NCBI GenBank assembly: GCA_002633005.1
Contig: NMRA01000059.1
Coordinates: 895,150-959,149 of the forward strand
Length of the DNA stretch: 64,000 nt
Direction of reading: 5' to 3'
DNA from: Phoronis australis
Taxonomy: Eukaryota > Animalia > Phoronida
Shown here: piece after piece, positions 26,095 to 63,507 of the stretch
How positions within the stretch are numbered: position 1 is the stretch's first letter
How the letters are laid out: each line of letters starts with the position of its first letter
Program-made: the position numbers and the translations under genes
The notes under the pieces: generated by a model
What the model was told of the DNA's origin: nothing
The model's database searches: none
The model's input: only the letters and a program-made list of their open reading frames with translations

Positions 26095-26260
26095 ACAGCC
26101 ACTTTTTACTATTAAGTTTAACAGTATTAATTGAATTGGGGCACTTAATTTCTGGGCTAAGAGAATTCTTTACTACAGCAGCAGCATAAATAAGAGATCT
26201 CTCCCCCTCTCAGTTTTATTTTTTTCAAAACAAACATTACCAGCAAGGGATTGTGTAAAG
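26095..26260 (-). mobile_element. L2/CR1-type LINE ORF2 C-terminal relic
   Basis: KTERGERSLIYAAAVVKNSLSPEIKCPNSINTVKLNSKKWL resembles the F.Y.A...WN.LP..IK terminus. Confidence 0.5.
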
Positions 26261-27293
26261 AATATAGCTTGACTGCTGCCGAATTTGTGGCCAAGATATG
26301 TTGAAGCAAAGCCATCGACACATCTGTTACATGCAACAGGCAGAGAGATATTTATTTCTTATTATTTTAATACAAAATGAAACTTCACATTGCATCAACT
26401 TATATCAACATCAGAATTACTTAATAATCACTGAAACAAAGTATACACAAAACATCAGCATGGCATGTGTACAATAAGTCTAAGTAGTAATGAACTATGT
26501 ACAATAATCTACTTTAAAAAACCCTTTTAATATTATAAAACACTTGTTTAAGGTGAGAGCAATTACAAAACTAGCAACAGCAACAAGTCAATGGCCTGGT
26601 CAACATTAGAAATGAACCAGAGGACCAGACCAAAAAGAAATGAGCAAACCATGACACAAAAAATAAGCCTGGCAACTGCTTCACATAACTCAACTATTAA
26701 TAATGTTTGTAAAAATACAAGGGGAATTTAAGAGCATGGCAGAATCCCAACTCAAAACATCAAATGGCGCTTGGAGATGTCCCACTTACATCTCAGTGCA
26801 AAATATGAAAAAATAGATTCCCTTTAGAGATGTCGTGCCAACGACATAGTGTGACATGCAGACAGACCTTTGTGAATACTATGTCTCCGACATCGTAAAC
26901 AACAAGGCACTGCCGCAACCAGCAAAGTGCTTCTCATAATTCTGCATGTTATATATGACTATTGGGCAAAACAAGATGAATATAATTACATAATGCATGT
27001 GGCTGTTAGCCCGGTCACAAGACAGCATTGGCACAACATGGGCTTACAATGTCTAACACAAACAGCCCCCAAGGCAGTGTATCAGGGATTTCGGAGCCTC
27101 ATCCTTTCAAAGTTTACTTTCAAAGCAGCATGACCCCAACAAAAAGAACTTTTAACAAACGGCGCCCTAATAAATTGAATCTTGGCCTCAGGCCTCACTA
27201 CTCTCGGACATACTCGAAACTAGTGAACTTTCTGAAAAAAATTTTCACCATACTGCAGGTTTAGTGATGTTACTTCTTCTCATGTGTATCCAG

Positions 27294-27448
27294 CCTCGCG
27301 TTCATTAACGCTAGGACCAACCTCGCTAAAAAGCAAGACTTCGCGAGATTACGTGAGATATTGCCGTGTATTTTAAATGAGAACACGTGACCTTGACTAG
27401 ATTTTAGCTAGGTCCTAGCGTAGCTCCTAGCGTCTACTGAACGCACGC
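27294..27448. mobile_element. Short Harbinger-like MITE (same family)
   Basis: gcgttcattaacgctagg ... cctagcgtctactgaacgc, cag flanks; interior is the reverse complement of 29145-29283. Confidence 0.7.
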
Positions 27449-28566
27449 CAGATTTAGTCCTAGGAGTTGCGTTTGCATCTCTTAAAACAGTGGTTTTGAC
27501 GTGACGCGTTCAAGGCCGGAAGTGATCCTTTGCCCTGAAATTTTGTTGAAATATGGATACCCAAGTTTCTGGTGGGTGCATACCCAAGGTTTGTCCCCCA
27601 AACAGCAAAGTCCCTTGACCAGTATTATTTTCACAAGCTTTGCTTGATACAAATTGAAGTTTTTACAAATGTCTTTCTTACAGCACGTTTTTGAAATCCT
27701 TCCTAAACAAGGTGCTACCTTAAAAATGGAGAACCACTTTGTTAGTATCATAGTTCCTCAAGGAGGCATGGAGCACAAAAACTCATCAGAAAAGGAAAAC
27801 TCTGTAGTCACCACAGAGTTTCTAATATCCTTCCCACGTATGATAAATGCGCGCATGTACTCATAGTCATTCCACAAACAGCTGGCTGACCAAACTGATA
27901 TTTTATAGAGCCAATTATCATGTGTTCCCATTCGGAATCTGAAGCTGATAGCACAGCATGAGACAAGCCAGTGAAGCAAACCATTTCCCACAAAGAATTC
28001 CGAGTGCAGTTCCGAGTGTATAAGAATACTAAGATACCTTTATAACCAATAGGTCTTATCTCAGTTAGGTAATCAACTGGTTGCTGCTTGAAGTCCCATC
28101 CTTTTGTTTACATCACACGTCAAATGTTCCATTTTCCTTATAAGGAAATGTGCTAGGTCTACGTCTTACCATACCAAGTCAAGTGATATGCTTTGAGTTG
28201 GGGGAGAAAAATGTGGCAGACTGTTTTTGAAATTTAAAACTAACGAAAAAGGCTTTGACGTCAAAAGAAATTCAAAATTATTACAAACAAATCATGAAAA
28301 TACCTGGTGAACAGGTCGAACTCGGTTTCAGTGGTATAGATCCAATTTAATCTGTTTTTCCTGTTCCAGGCATCTATCAAATTACTTCATAGAAAGCCCT
28401 CAAACAAAAGAACAAAATTAACAATATCCGTGCAACTGTGAACGTGCGTTTATTTCCTTGAGCCATTAACTTATTAGACAACTTAGATCTGTACAATCGA
28501 TCTCATATTGTTCCTTCCACAGCTATTTAGGAATTTTTGGTCTTGCAAACACCCAGAGTTCATTAC

Positions 28567-29070
28567 GGGCGTTTTCCCATTGCTCCCAACTTGTTCGATT
28601 CTATAGCCTTACAACAAGTTGGGAAGAACATCCCTTACACGACTGATTAACTCCATTCTGGCACTTTTGTTGGAGGGCCAGCTTTCTTTTGTTCGATAAT
28701 TGCTCTAATCTCCAATAAGATCATATTTAGCCAGACTAGGCAGTGCTGTTAAAAATAAAAGTTATCACATATTTGAACATAAACCAATAGCATTTCTGAA
28801 ATCGTTGTCAAATGGTGATCATGTTTAGTTTTTGAATTGCCAAAATCGCCCAAGTAAAACCAAATTTACCACAATATTCTTTCCGAATGTACCAATTTGC
28901 TCTGGGTTTGACTGTGTTCACATGTGGTCTGTAATAAGCCTGGTAGATAATTGGCCTGCCTGTTGTCACACCATACAAAAGACTGTGCTTGGCAGCAAAC
29001 AAAGAAACTAGATGTTATCACAGGCTAACCACCCTCTACATCTGGTAAAGTCACTAAACGAAAAACGCCC
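28567..29070. mobile_element. Dispersed ~500-bp MITE, copy 2 (Harbinger-like TIRs)
   Basis: TIRs gggcgtttt / aaaacgccc; similar to 17067-17563. Confidence 0.8.
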
Positions 29071-29144
29071 TCATGTCATAACTGCTGAAGACAAAGCTCA
29101 GTGAATAAAATGACACACCCAGACAAATCAACTTATACAGCCTG

Positions 29145-29283
29145 GGTAGAGTTCAGTAGCTGTCTTGCAGCTAGAAAAACCAAGCCAACATCACGTGTTC
29201 TCATTTAAAATATATGGCAATATCTCACGTAATCTCGCAAAGTCTTACAATTTAGCAAGGTCCTAGCGTTACTGAACTCTACC
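29145..29283. mobile_element. Short Harbinger-like MITE with CTG target duplication
   Basis: ctg|ggtagagttcagta ... tactgaactctacc|ctg. Confidence 0.8.
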
Positions 29284-30144
29284 CTGGTCTGTCAGTTTTT
29301 TCCAAGCACACAAATCCCACCATTTAGACATGCTTAAAAGCAAATAAATGATGGCAATTTATAAGGACATGACCTCCCACATCACAGCCTAAACAAGGAG
29401 ATCCCAAAATAAGTTGATCAACCCCAACACATTGGTCTCAAATCTTTGCTTCCAAAGCGTTATCAATAGGCCAGTTACTAGCTAAGGACTAACATTAGGA
29501 GGCACTACACGAAAATAGTCCACAGCTTTCAACCAGTGATAGGACAAAGTCTAGTCTTGGAAGGTAGACTAACTTAACATGTAATTTGCCTTAAGGCACT
29601 GCACCTCCTTAAATCTTTCTATGACAATAAATCTCTGAGACTAGTCTGCTCTTCATAACAGCACTTAACATTGACCTGATCTTTACATAGGGAAATCACA
29701 ACCAAACTGCCACTTTGCCATAACATCATTGTGAAATTGCAAGGGATGCTTCTTTCATACATCACAAAGCTGAAGATTGATTTAGCAGACAACACTAAAT
29801 TTAAGCAAACAAAAACGGAATAACCACAGGATAACTGCTTGTTTTTACACTTAAATTCTAAATCGGCACAACACTTGTTAAGTCCATTAAAAATTCTTTA
29901 ATTTGGAACACAATACGGCAGACAGGACAGATTTTATTTTTTTAAATAACTTTTCCGGAGAATTTATTTTGCTTTAAGCATGGTTCGTATGGTATAGTTA
30001 TTACGGTTTGGTAAAATTTTGAGCACTTGCAAAAATGTGGCAAGTCTCTGAAAAATAGAAATATAGCAATGTTAGCAATACCTTTGGCCCAAATTAAAGA
30101 ATTTGCACTGCACTAACAGAACACGACATTTTCATAATGGAGTA

Positions 30145-55018
<24,874 letters not shown>

Positions 55019-55572
55019 TCTGCAAATGTGGAAATAATCATTTATGAAAAATGCAAAACTTATCATGGAAACAGCATCACAAGTCAGTCAGTGAAGGGAT
55101 TGACGCTTAACATAATGTCAACTCGTCAAATGGAACGCAGCAAAATCGCCAACAAATCAAGGAAACATGTATGTAGGGGTTGTGAAAGTCCTGGCACCTG
55201 CTACAAACGACAATTAGTTAGAAACAGCCGAAAATGAAATAAAGCTACCTGAATTAAAGAGCCGGTGAAATCAGCCAATGTCACCCAAGTGACTTTATTT
55301 AGTTGAACGGGAAATTCAGAACGTCTCGCATGCTGGTAATGGTATGAATTTTCCCCTCAAGCCCAATATTCCATGCAAGCTCACCTCTTGAGGCTGAAAG
55401 GCAGATGGTCGTCACGCGTTACCTGTGCATTACTCATAAACGGTCCTTGCTTTTGATCCTAACAATTCCCGTTTGTTTACATTCATTAAGTTACATGCAC
55501 TTCTGCCAGTTGTTACATACAGCTATACATGTTGATATGAATTTGAATCATAACGAGGTGAAGTGTACTTAC

Positions 55573-55920
55573 CCAGGCAATGCGAAATTTCACAGCTAAC
55601 CAAGCCAAATGAATCACCACTGAGCCACAACTAGACAGTGACCACTGTCTCTGGGTAGCCCCTGCAGTAGAGACGGTGAAGCTCGTATAGGAGTTTGATA
55701 TGCTGGAAGCTTTTCAGTAAATTATGCCTCACATTCATTAAATCATCAGGCAAGTTGTTACAAGTACCTTTTGCACAAAGAGGGACACCTTAGGAGGCTG
55801 CCGGTGTCTTTAATTCTTTCCAAATCAACCAAATACTCCCGTAATTAAACTTTTCCTTCAAGCAGTACTTCGAGCAGTTCTTCGTTCAGTTGCCCAAATC
55901 AGCAACTGGCCATTTTAACA
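55573..55920 (-). other. Putative WRN 5'UTR first exon (derived from a disrupted coding sequence)
   Basis: Strong donor ctgg|gtaagt at 55572. Starts next to a GC-rich patch with an aaaatggc (YY1-like) motif. If spliced to 55019, an in-frame TGA lies just upstream of the WRN ATG. Confidence 0.5.
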
Positions 55921-55975
55921 CTGCGCGCGCCCCTATTTTTACCGCGCCCGCCAGGAACACACCCAGTGTTAAGAA
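55850..55975. promoter_or_regulatory. Putative core promoter of WRN (possibly bidirectional)
   Basis: CpG-rich patch (ctgcgcgcgccc, accgcgcccgcc) plus YY1-like gccatttt, at the edge of the CpG-poor gene body. Confidence 0.45.
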
Positions 55976-56189
55976 TGTTATGACGGGAACATTTATTTGA
56001 GTTGGAAGGACAGCCTCCTAAGGTGTCGTTTATACGCAAATGGTAGATTAATAACAACGTGACTTTGATGTTTTAATTAGTGTGAGACATTATTAGCCAA
56101 AAAGCTTTCGGCGCATGAAGCTCCCGTAGGAGCTTAACCGTCTCTGTTGAGGCAAGGTAGCAGTAGAGACGGTGCCGGTGGTCAATGAC
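55973..56189 (+). pseudogene. Inverted, more degraded copy of the fossil coding sequence in the putative WRN leader
   Basis: Aligns to the reverse complement of 55634-55850, including the identical 17-mer cagcctcctaaggtgtc. Translates to REHLFELE..SLLRC..DVLISVRHY*PKSF..KLP*ELNRL, with stops and indels. Confidence 0.55.
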
Positions 56190-56484
56190 TCCGTCTCCAA
56201 GCCTCACAACCTGACCCGAGCTAGCTAAGCTGCCTTACAAATAATAACAGACACTGACACCTCAGACAGATTTTATCATTGGTCCAGGTTTGTCAGGGAC
56301 ATGGTGTGCTTGTTTCACTTTCGTTATCTTTGAGATAGGCGACTTTAAGTAAATTTGTACAGGCCCCCAACATTTCGTTTTCGCGCGACTTACCAGAAAG
56401 TGGTTCGGTAATACCAATATTATCGAGAACGATTGCCGTGCCATCTGTCGTGTAGACTATTGTCTCGTTCCCAAACTCAACCAG

Positions 56485-56598
56485 GGTCGAGTTCAATAAC
56501 TTTAGTACCTAGAAAAGCGAGACCCTTTAGATATCGCCTTGAAAGCATGTGATTTTAGCTAGATTTTTCTCGTCGTGAGACAGCTATCGAACTCTACC
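56485..56598. mobile_element. Short Harbinger-like MITE (same family)
   Basis: cag|ggtcgagttcaata ... tatcgaactctacc|ctg. Confidence 0.7.
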
Positions 56599-57129
56599 CT
56601 GCACTCCGTTAAGTAGGGTGGGGGACGAAAGAAAATGAACTATAGTAATCGGTGAAGAGGATAATTTATTTGAAATCGGTCTGCCAGCTTTTACAATAAA
56701 ACATAAGCGCAACTGCTAGTTGTCAATTACAAATTAGAATCCAAATCTAAAGGTAATAAACAGTAAATACAATATTCACATAGGCATAGGCTTCCAATAT
56801 ATAGCGGGGTGGTATAGTGTAGCGTTGTATTTTTATTTTTATTTTTATTTTTACTAAGTGCGGTTGGCCGCCAGAGTCGACTCGACCGATCACGATAGAA
56901 CTGAAATTATAATGGTTGTTCTATTAAAAATCCGTAGAGAGAAAGAGGAAAAGAAAGGCATGAATAGAAATTTATACATGTTAATGCTTGTGGCGAAATT
57001 TAAAAAAATCATAATATGTCGAGACCAGATAAAACTAGACAATGTAGAAACAGGTAAAAGAATTAAAATCCAGATTTTTAAATTCTTTTATCTGTTTCTC
57101 CATTGTGGCGAAAGTAAAATAGAGTAGTA

Positions 57130-57826
57130 ATAGAGATTCAATTTTTGATGAGATTCTACATAATTTGAGCTGATTGAAAGGACTTACTCTGAGTACTCCA
57201 ATTGCGAAATGATCAGAACGAGAGCACTACATATATTTTATGGGTCCACAAGTATGCTGCCAATGCAGTACTTTATGGCGACTCGGATGGCCAAATTCAC
57301 ACTACAAACAACATGAAAATATGCTAAGGCTCTGGAATCGTTTAGTTCTAATGGATGAAAGTAGAATTGTATAAAAAGTCTTTTTATGGGACATTAAACA
57401 TCGGAACTCCTGCAATTGCATGGTCAACTACAAAATTTAAAATTATGGAGAAATGCGATTTTTTTTAGAAAATTTCAGGAACAAGCAAATTGTGTCTCTC
57501 GAAAACTTCAAAACATTCAGGTTCCAGTTAGAAGAGTTAAACTGGTTAAAATAATCACTTAGAAACCAAAACTGTACTTATATAGATCCTTCAAGAATGA
57601 CTGTTGTGTAGAAGAGTATTTCCGTCTGCCGGTGTCTCAGAGGTCCGTCATAGCTCGATTGAGAGCAGGTATCCTACCATTAGAGGTTGAGGTGGGGCGG
57701 TACTTCGGAATTCTAATTGTGAATGAACGGATTTGTACTGTTTGTAAAAACGGAATTGAAGATGAAGTTTATTTCATCTTTGACTGTGAAAAACAAATTC
57801 TTATTCGACCATTTTTATACGGTATT
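57130..57826 (+). mobile_element. Degenerate LINE 3' fragment (RTEX-like)
   Basis: RSVIARLRAGILPLEVEVGRY...ERICTVCKNGIEDEVYFIFDC. Confidence 0.8.
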
Positions 57827-58075
57827 CAGAGGCGGATCCAGGATTTTGAGTTGGGGGGCAGGGCACAGGAATGACCTAAATTTCGCACATGTGCGCGCCC
57901 AACCTAAAATGTAGGGATGCAGGGGTCTCGAATTTTGGGTCTGTGGACCTTATTACTACATTCGCTCCCTGACCCCCCCCCCCCCTTGGTGCACGCAAAT
58001 GCTAGTCAGCAATTCACACCCCGAACTGCCAAATGGTATCTGGGAGAATTTGGGGGGAGGCCATGGCCCCCTTGG
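57827..58075. mobile_element. hAT-like MITE fragment(s) truncating the LINE
   Basis: Starts cagaggcggatccaggatttt followed by G runs; right end unclear. Confidence 0.5.
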
Positions 58076-58488
58076 TCTAGCGAAATTCATTCAAGACGCT
58101 TTGCAGGTTAGAAGTAATTATTTGTTTAAAAACTAGTCTGAAGTGATCATATTTGAGTGTGTGCAATTTTTGAGTAAGCCCATTGAGGCTGGGGGGTGTG
58201 GTGAATATTCTGTCTTTGAGATTGTATTTACTGGCACCCTTATGTCACTATAATAAATTATAATAATAAAAAATACAAAACGTGAGACATACTTGAAGTT
58301 TTAGCTTGAGGTTAGAACGGATTTTAAACCTCAGGCAGCTCGCCAATTTCTGCAAGTGTGCAGCTTTTTAATAGAGCAAGAGAATGTGAAAACACTAGTG
58401 CAAAACATGGAAACGCGGAGTATACTAGGTAAGTGGTGCGAACAACCGGAACAATAACTCCATAATTCACATAATACCTACTAAGAGC

Positions 58489-58824
58489 CATAGGCGGATT
58501 TAGGGAGGGGGGCAGGGGGCCCGCCCCCCCCCCTCCATGGCTGCCGCAAGGGAAATGAAACGGCAACAGCGTGAAGCGTGAGGAAATTTTGAGTACTGAG
58601 CTCTGTAACAAGGATCGGTAGCGGATGAGGGGGGGGCTCAAACCCCAGATCACGGCGGAATCTCATGTTCCCTTTTTTGTTTAGTCCACCGATAGATTTT
58701 CTGGTGCACATGCCCGGCCTCCGCAACTTTCGGGCCGCCTGTGCACATACTCTCACTCTCGCGCTTTGCCCAATTCCCCGAGGAAACATGTCTCCCCCCT
58801 TATGGTATCTTAGATCTGCCACTG
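58489..58824. mobile_element. hAT-like MITE, 5-bp target duplication
   Basis: agagc|cataggcggattta ... tagatctgccactg|agagc, with G/C-run subterminal tracts. Confidence 0.7.
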
Positions 58825-59347
58825 AGAGCATCTTATCAGTTCATCTATCACCGTATCACCCTAAAAACTAAAAAAGCATGGTACATGTATTATAACGACT
58901 GCAATCGCATTGGGACGTGTGGGGATTTTTAATACCTAATTGGAAATGGCCTTGAGGAAAACTTGTCTGTGCACCCAATATAATAAAAAATCCTAAATGT
59001 ACTGGAAACACATTGTACATTCTTCTATTTCTGCTACTCAAACACCTCAACTTGATTCGCGAAACAACAAAGTTCAGTGAATCTTAATTTAACCTTGAAC
59101 CCTGGGGTCGGTCCGATGCGTTCCTTGTCCAATCTTTTGCGCTCATACTCCACCACGAAAAGTTTAATGAAAAATTTCTGTATCGAAAAGCTAAATTTCC
59201 TAATTTTTCAGCACATAAAAAAGCTTACCTTGGCTCTCGTACAACGTCATTATGATCAGGGGGCCTATACTTGTTGCCATAGATACTGTGGCCTATCCAC
59301 TTTGAATATTCCAAGTGAAAAGTTCAAATTTCACAGAACATTCTTAA

Positions 59348-60989
59348 AAGAGAATGTCACCCAAAAAACAACCTATTTTGTCAATTTAGATCGAGTAGTT
59401 CTACTCGATAACGACACGTTCGGTTGCGTTACCTGACGGCAGACGGAGGTGTTGAAATTATCCAATGACGTAATTGGTTTCACACGCAGTCTATTCAGCA
59501 GTTCACAACACGGGTTAGTGGTGTCACTAGCTTATCGCTTGAATTTATCGTTTAACAGAGGCGGATATACAGGGGGATCAGGGGGCTTAACCCCCTTCTC
59601 GGGACAGGATCAAAAATAAAAGTTGGAAAAAAAATCGTCAAAAAAAAAACGAAATTAGCTACTAAAAACCACAAAAAATATTACACCCTTTTCCGACCTT
59701 CCTTCTCCTCGGCGCTACGCGCCTCGGATTCGCTCGAATCCTAACCCCCTCCCCTTTACTGAAGACGTAGATCTGCCACTGCGTTTAACACCAATAAATC
59801 ATCAAACTTCGATGTAAAACCCTTAAAAACACACCGAGTTCATAAAAAACATGTTGTTTTATTTCACTGTTACGGATTTACTGGTATTCGGACACACCGT
59901 AGCCTACAAAGTGAGGCCAATTTAAACCAAGATCCGTAGCTGGAGTTTGGGGTCTGTTCGGAGATAAATTCGATGTATTCTTCCGTGAAATGCAGACAGG
60001 AGAACCTAGATCTGTGTTGTTTATACTTGTGATTTTTTTAGTTCTAAACACACAAAACGCTTGTTATTCCGGCCAGGGGCTCGGAACCCGATCACTAGGC
60101 TAGGCCCGGCGTCGCGGCCGGACTGACTCGTTATCTCGGCCTAAGATACTTGTCCCGGCCAGTGGCTAGGAACCCGATCAGGCTCGTCGCGGCCGCCGGG
60201 ACTGGCATGAACATAAACCCGGTCAATTACCTTTGTTGCCGCCATCAAAAGCCGGTAACGCAGTGGTTTATTCATTGCTGGCTTCTCAAAACATTAATTT
60301 TGCACTCACGAGCACTCCAAGGCATTACAAATTGTATCTAATGAGACAGACTTTGTTTCAGTTTCATGTAAGCATTGGTTAGGATGAGATTCATTTTGAA
60401 ACAGAACGCAGAATAATAAACGTCTACAGGGCAACTCGCCCGGCGCCAATCCTGACTTAGTCAAGAGCTCATCCGACGAAGACTTCACGGGTCGGATCGT
60501 TAGGTTTCACAGGCTATCAGTTCGAACACACTGATCAAGAAATACTAGAGTGGCGCCGTGAACATGCACAGGCAACGGAACGTATGGATAGTTCTTTGGT
60601 AAGCCGGAATTCGTCATAGAAATCACTGTCGACGAAATGCCGGTCACAGACACGGAGATGTTTCACGGCCTCAAGCTTGCTATTAACAGCGTATCTTTCA
60701 TTCTTCACTACCGCGAGCCACTTCCTAAGAATTTTGGGCTCTCGAGAAAGTCGAAAAAACGATATACCCGCTTTCTTCGCAGCAGTTCGGACAAGCGGGA
60801 ACGATGCACCGCAATATATAGCGGCATTCTCTGCAGACGAACCACTGGCGTCGCTGCGTCGTTTCTCACCTTCGTCACAGGTTAACGCGACACCTCTCGG
60901 CAAGGTGAGGTCGACCGTATAAGAAACGATGTGGATATAGACCGATTAAGACGGTAAAAAAGACTATTTAAATCGGGTGTCATTCTCCT
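59348..60989 (-). mobile_element. Complete non-autonomous Kolobok element with THAP remnant
   Basis: TTAA target sites at 59344-47 and 60990-93; TIRs aagagaatgtcaccc / gggtgtcattctcct; THAP remnant ISFFRLSREPKILRKWL..LRVCDRHF with a frameshift. Confidence 0.85.
59556..59781. mobile_element. hAT-like MITE nested in the Kolobok element, 7-bp target duplication
   Basis: cgtttaa|cagaggcggatata ... tagatctgccactg|cgtttaa. Confidence 0.8.
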
Positions 60990-62051
60990 TTAAGCGTTTG
61001 GTTGCCTCATAAAACCAAAAAGTTTTTTTTTGTTTTGTAGCCCTGGTCAAAGGCAGCAACTTCAAGAAATCTATCCTACCTAATACTGATGAATCACTCG
61101 GCATAGGCCTACTCGTACTCGGCATAGGCCTACTCGTGAATCACTCGGCTTTCGAAAACGAAATATTTTGAAACGAAAATGGACGAGTCTCGAAAAACGT
61201 AACATATGATATAGACCTTCCTGCACAAAATAACGGGGCATCGTAAGCTTCTCCACAATTAAACTCTCTGGATTTTAATATATTTCCAAGTTACAATCAA
61301 CATATATCACATCTCATAAATTCAACATAACCTTTGAAATACATGCCCTTAATGTAGGCCTGAGTAGAGTATACGTACGTGATATAAAACTGATAGTATT
61401 GTACTTATTGATGGCTACCGACCGACGAGGAAACCGCTAGAAATACCATAGTTCAACCTCTCTGCTATTTTTATACTTTACCTCAATCACCATTGTCTAT
61501 TTTACGAACCAAAAAGTATGTTGCAATAGCCCAATTCAGGAAAAGTGCAAATATGATCGCCTTTGATGTTCGCCCATGTATATATGCGGTGTCATATTTC
61601 CGCATTATTACTGATGAAGGGGTGGGACACGCTCACCCTCGTCGATCAAATCAGGTTATAAATATTCGTAATAAAAAGTATCAAAGCCATTAAGTCGCAC
61701 GCCAGCTTAAACATGGATTTGATACGGGTAAGTCACGCTTTTGACGGACTGTTTAAGCAAGAGACACGGTGGTTGAAACACATTTTCCACTAAACAGCTA
61801 CAGGCTCCATGATGTCATGGTGCGGTGGTTAGTCGGTAAGGCCCATGGCCCAGCCCTCCCGCGGGAATGTGTTAAGTCGTGGCGACGGAAATGTAGGAAT
61901 AAATATGGGGGGTGGAAAGTTTGAATTTGACTGATTTGCTCAATCGCATAGTTATAAACAAAAATTTGACATGAACTTGTTTATGAATATTAAGACTTTA
62001 ATATTCTACTGTCTGATTCAGAAACTGGCATCTACCGCACTTTTCGAAATC

Positions 62052-62276
62052 TTAAAAACACAAGTACTGAATTGCATAGTCGTAGCACATTGCCAATATC
62101 CCAGCTTGGAAATTCATTTCACACCGAAGTCCAGTTTGTGGTTTACACTCGAAGCCAGTTTTCAAAATGTTGGGCGCCAGTTGACGTGAACTGTAGTTGA
62201 ACGTAATCCATTCTTCCTTGAATACTTTGCATAACGCATCGACGGGCTCCACACCTGTACCGCAAGGGTCGGGCAA
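62052..62276 (-). CDS. Terminal exon of a Mucin2/CILP WxxW-domain protein
   Basis: tttcag|LPDPCGTGVEPVDALC...FECKPQTGLRCEMNFQ..CYDYAIQYLCF*, matching the cysteine pattern of the WxxW (CysD) domain. Confidence 0.8.
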   Translation of the reverse strand: MPDPCGTGVEPVDALCKVFKEEWITFNYSSRQLAPNILKTGFECKPQTGLRCEMNFQAGILAMCYDYAIQYLCF

Positions 62277-62457
62277 CTGAAAACAAACGCAAGAAAATGG
62301 CGGATCACGATGATTTAGTAACTTGAAAAGGTCCTTACTGCAAAAATCTATTAGGTTATGTAGGAGCTTATCCACGTGTTCTTGTATTTAGCTAAGTATC
62401 TACAAAACTGTAGATTTTAACGAAGTAAAAATACATTTTTTCTGAATGTGGAAAGCC

Positions 62458-62722
62458 TGGTATCTGTTTCATGAAATGTGACTTAAAACTGAAGTCAGAA
62501 ATTTGGTCTTACGCGCCACACACTTGTTTATGAAAAACAATTAATTTCACTTGAGCAAAAGTCCAAAACTTCTGAGAATATACACATAAGTGCTAGTTAC
62601 TGAAATAATTTCTAAAAATACTCATAATTACTGGCTAAAGCCTTATTCCGCAACTGTGGAGTGGGAATGGAAGACAAAATTTCCGTCTTAAGTTTAACTC
62701 ACTTTCATGAAACTCTGCCCAG
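62458..62722. mobile_element. Harbinger-like MITE in the WxxW gene intron
   Basis: TIRs gtttcatgaaa / tttcatgaaac, CWG flanks, similar to 7600-7860. Confidence 0.6.
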
Positions 62723-63507
62723 GAGAATTTCTTTTTTTATTTCAATAATATACCATTAATTAAGTCACGTGATCATGTATTTAAAAAACGCAAAAAGAAA
62801 TGTACATTGCTAACAAAACGATAGTATCAATGACATGGCAAAGTTTCACTTGATATAGATGTTCAAGAAGAAATCTCAAAAAGGTTGTTACGCTTAACAA
62901 ACTTATCATTTCGTTTTCGTTTGATGTTACTTTTGATTGATTTTTCATGAAAACCACAAAAGTCCTATCTATTTTTCATAACCCACATGCAAAAGTGAGC
63001 ACTCCTAAAACAGCAGCTCCTAACACTGCATTGTATAAGAGAATAGTGCAGGTGGCTAAAACCGAATTAGGCTTTTTTCTCCCTTGAAATAGTTCTCATA
63101 ATATTCCTTATGGTGATAAGATTGTATTTTCGTTCCAAAAAGAACATGAAAACTGTCATCGATTCAAGAAAACGCTTCAAAGTTAATTAAGGTAGGCCAA
63201 TTGGACAATATTGTATATACGACTTGTCTGTGATTTGAGTTGTCTGCTCATTCGATAACATCGATAAGATCGGGTGAGAGTTTTACCTCAAAAGAATTCA
63301 ACATTGACGGCTAAATAGCGGTGAAATTTTAGACAAATTTCTGCACGCTAAGTGGTCTAAATCAAAAGTTATTTTCTGTTTAAAATTAGACAAAGTGCCT
63401 GCATTGGTGCGCTAGTACCAAACAACGCTCTGCAAGGTCACATTTTACACAACTTCCTTCCACCAGTATAAAGTTGTACAAAGTGTACGCGTTAGTAATA
63501 AACGCAC

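Noticed and set aside
55985-56030. tattt plus agga-cagcc-tcct resembling dicistrovirus IGR IRES loops
   Set aside because: No supporting pseudoknots, and the stem is not conserved in the inverted copy; codon-like divergence explains the similarity better.
55560-56240. Telomerase RNA, snRNA or SL RNA pair
   Set aside because: No telomere template, Sm site or recognisable snRNA 5' end.
61085-61160. ctgatga...gaaa as a hammerhead ribozyme
   Set aside because: No stem II closing pair; the region is explained by short direct duplications.
61815-61890. tRNA-like A box (tggttagtcggtaagg)
   Set aside because: No intact B box or acceptor stem; at most a decayed SINE.
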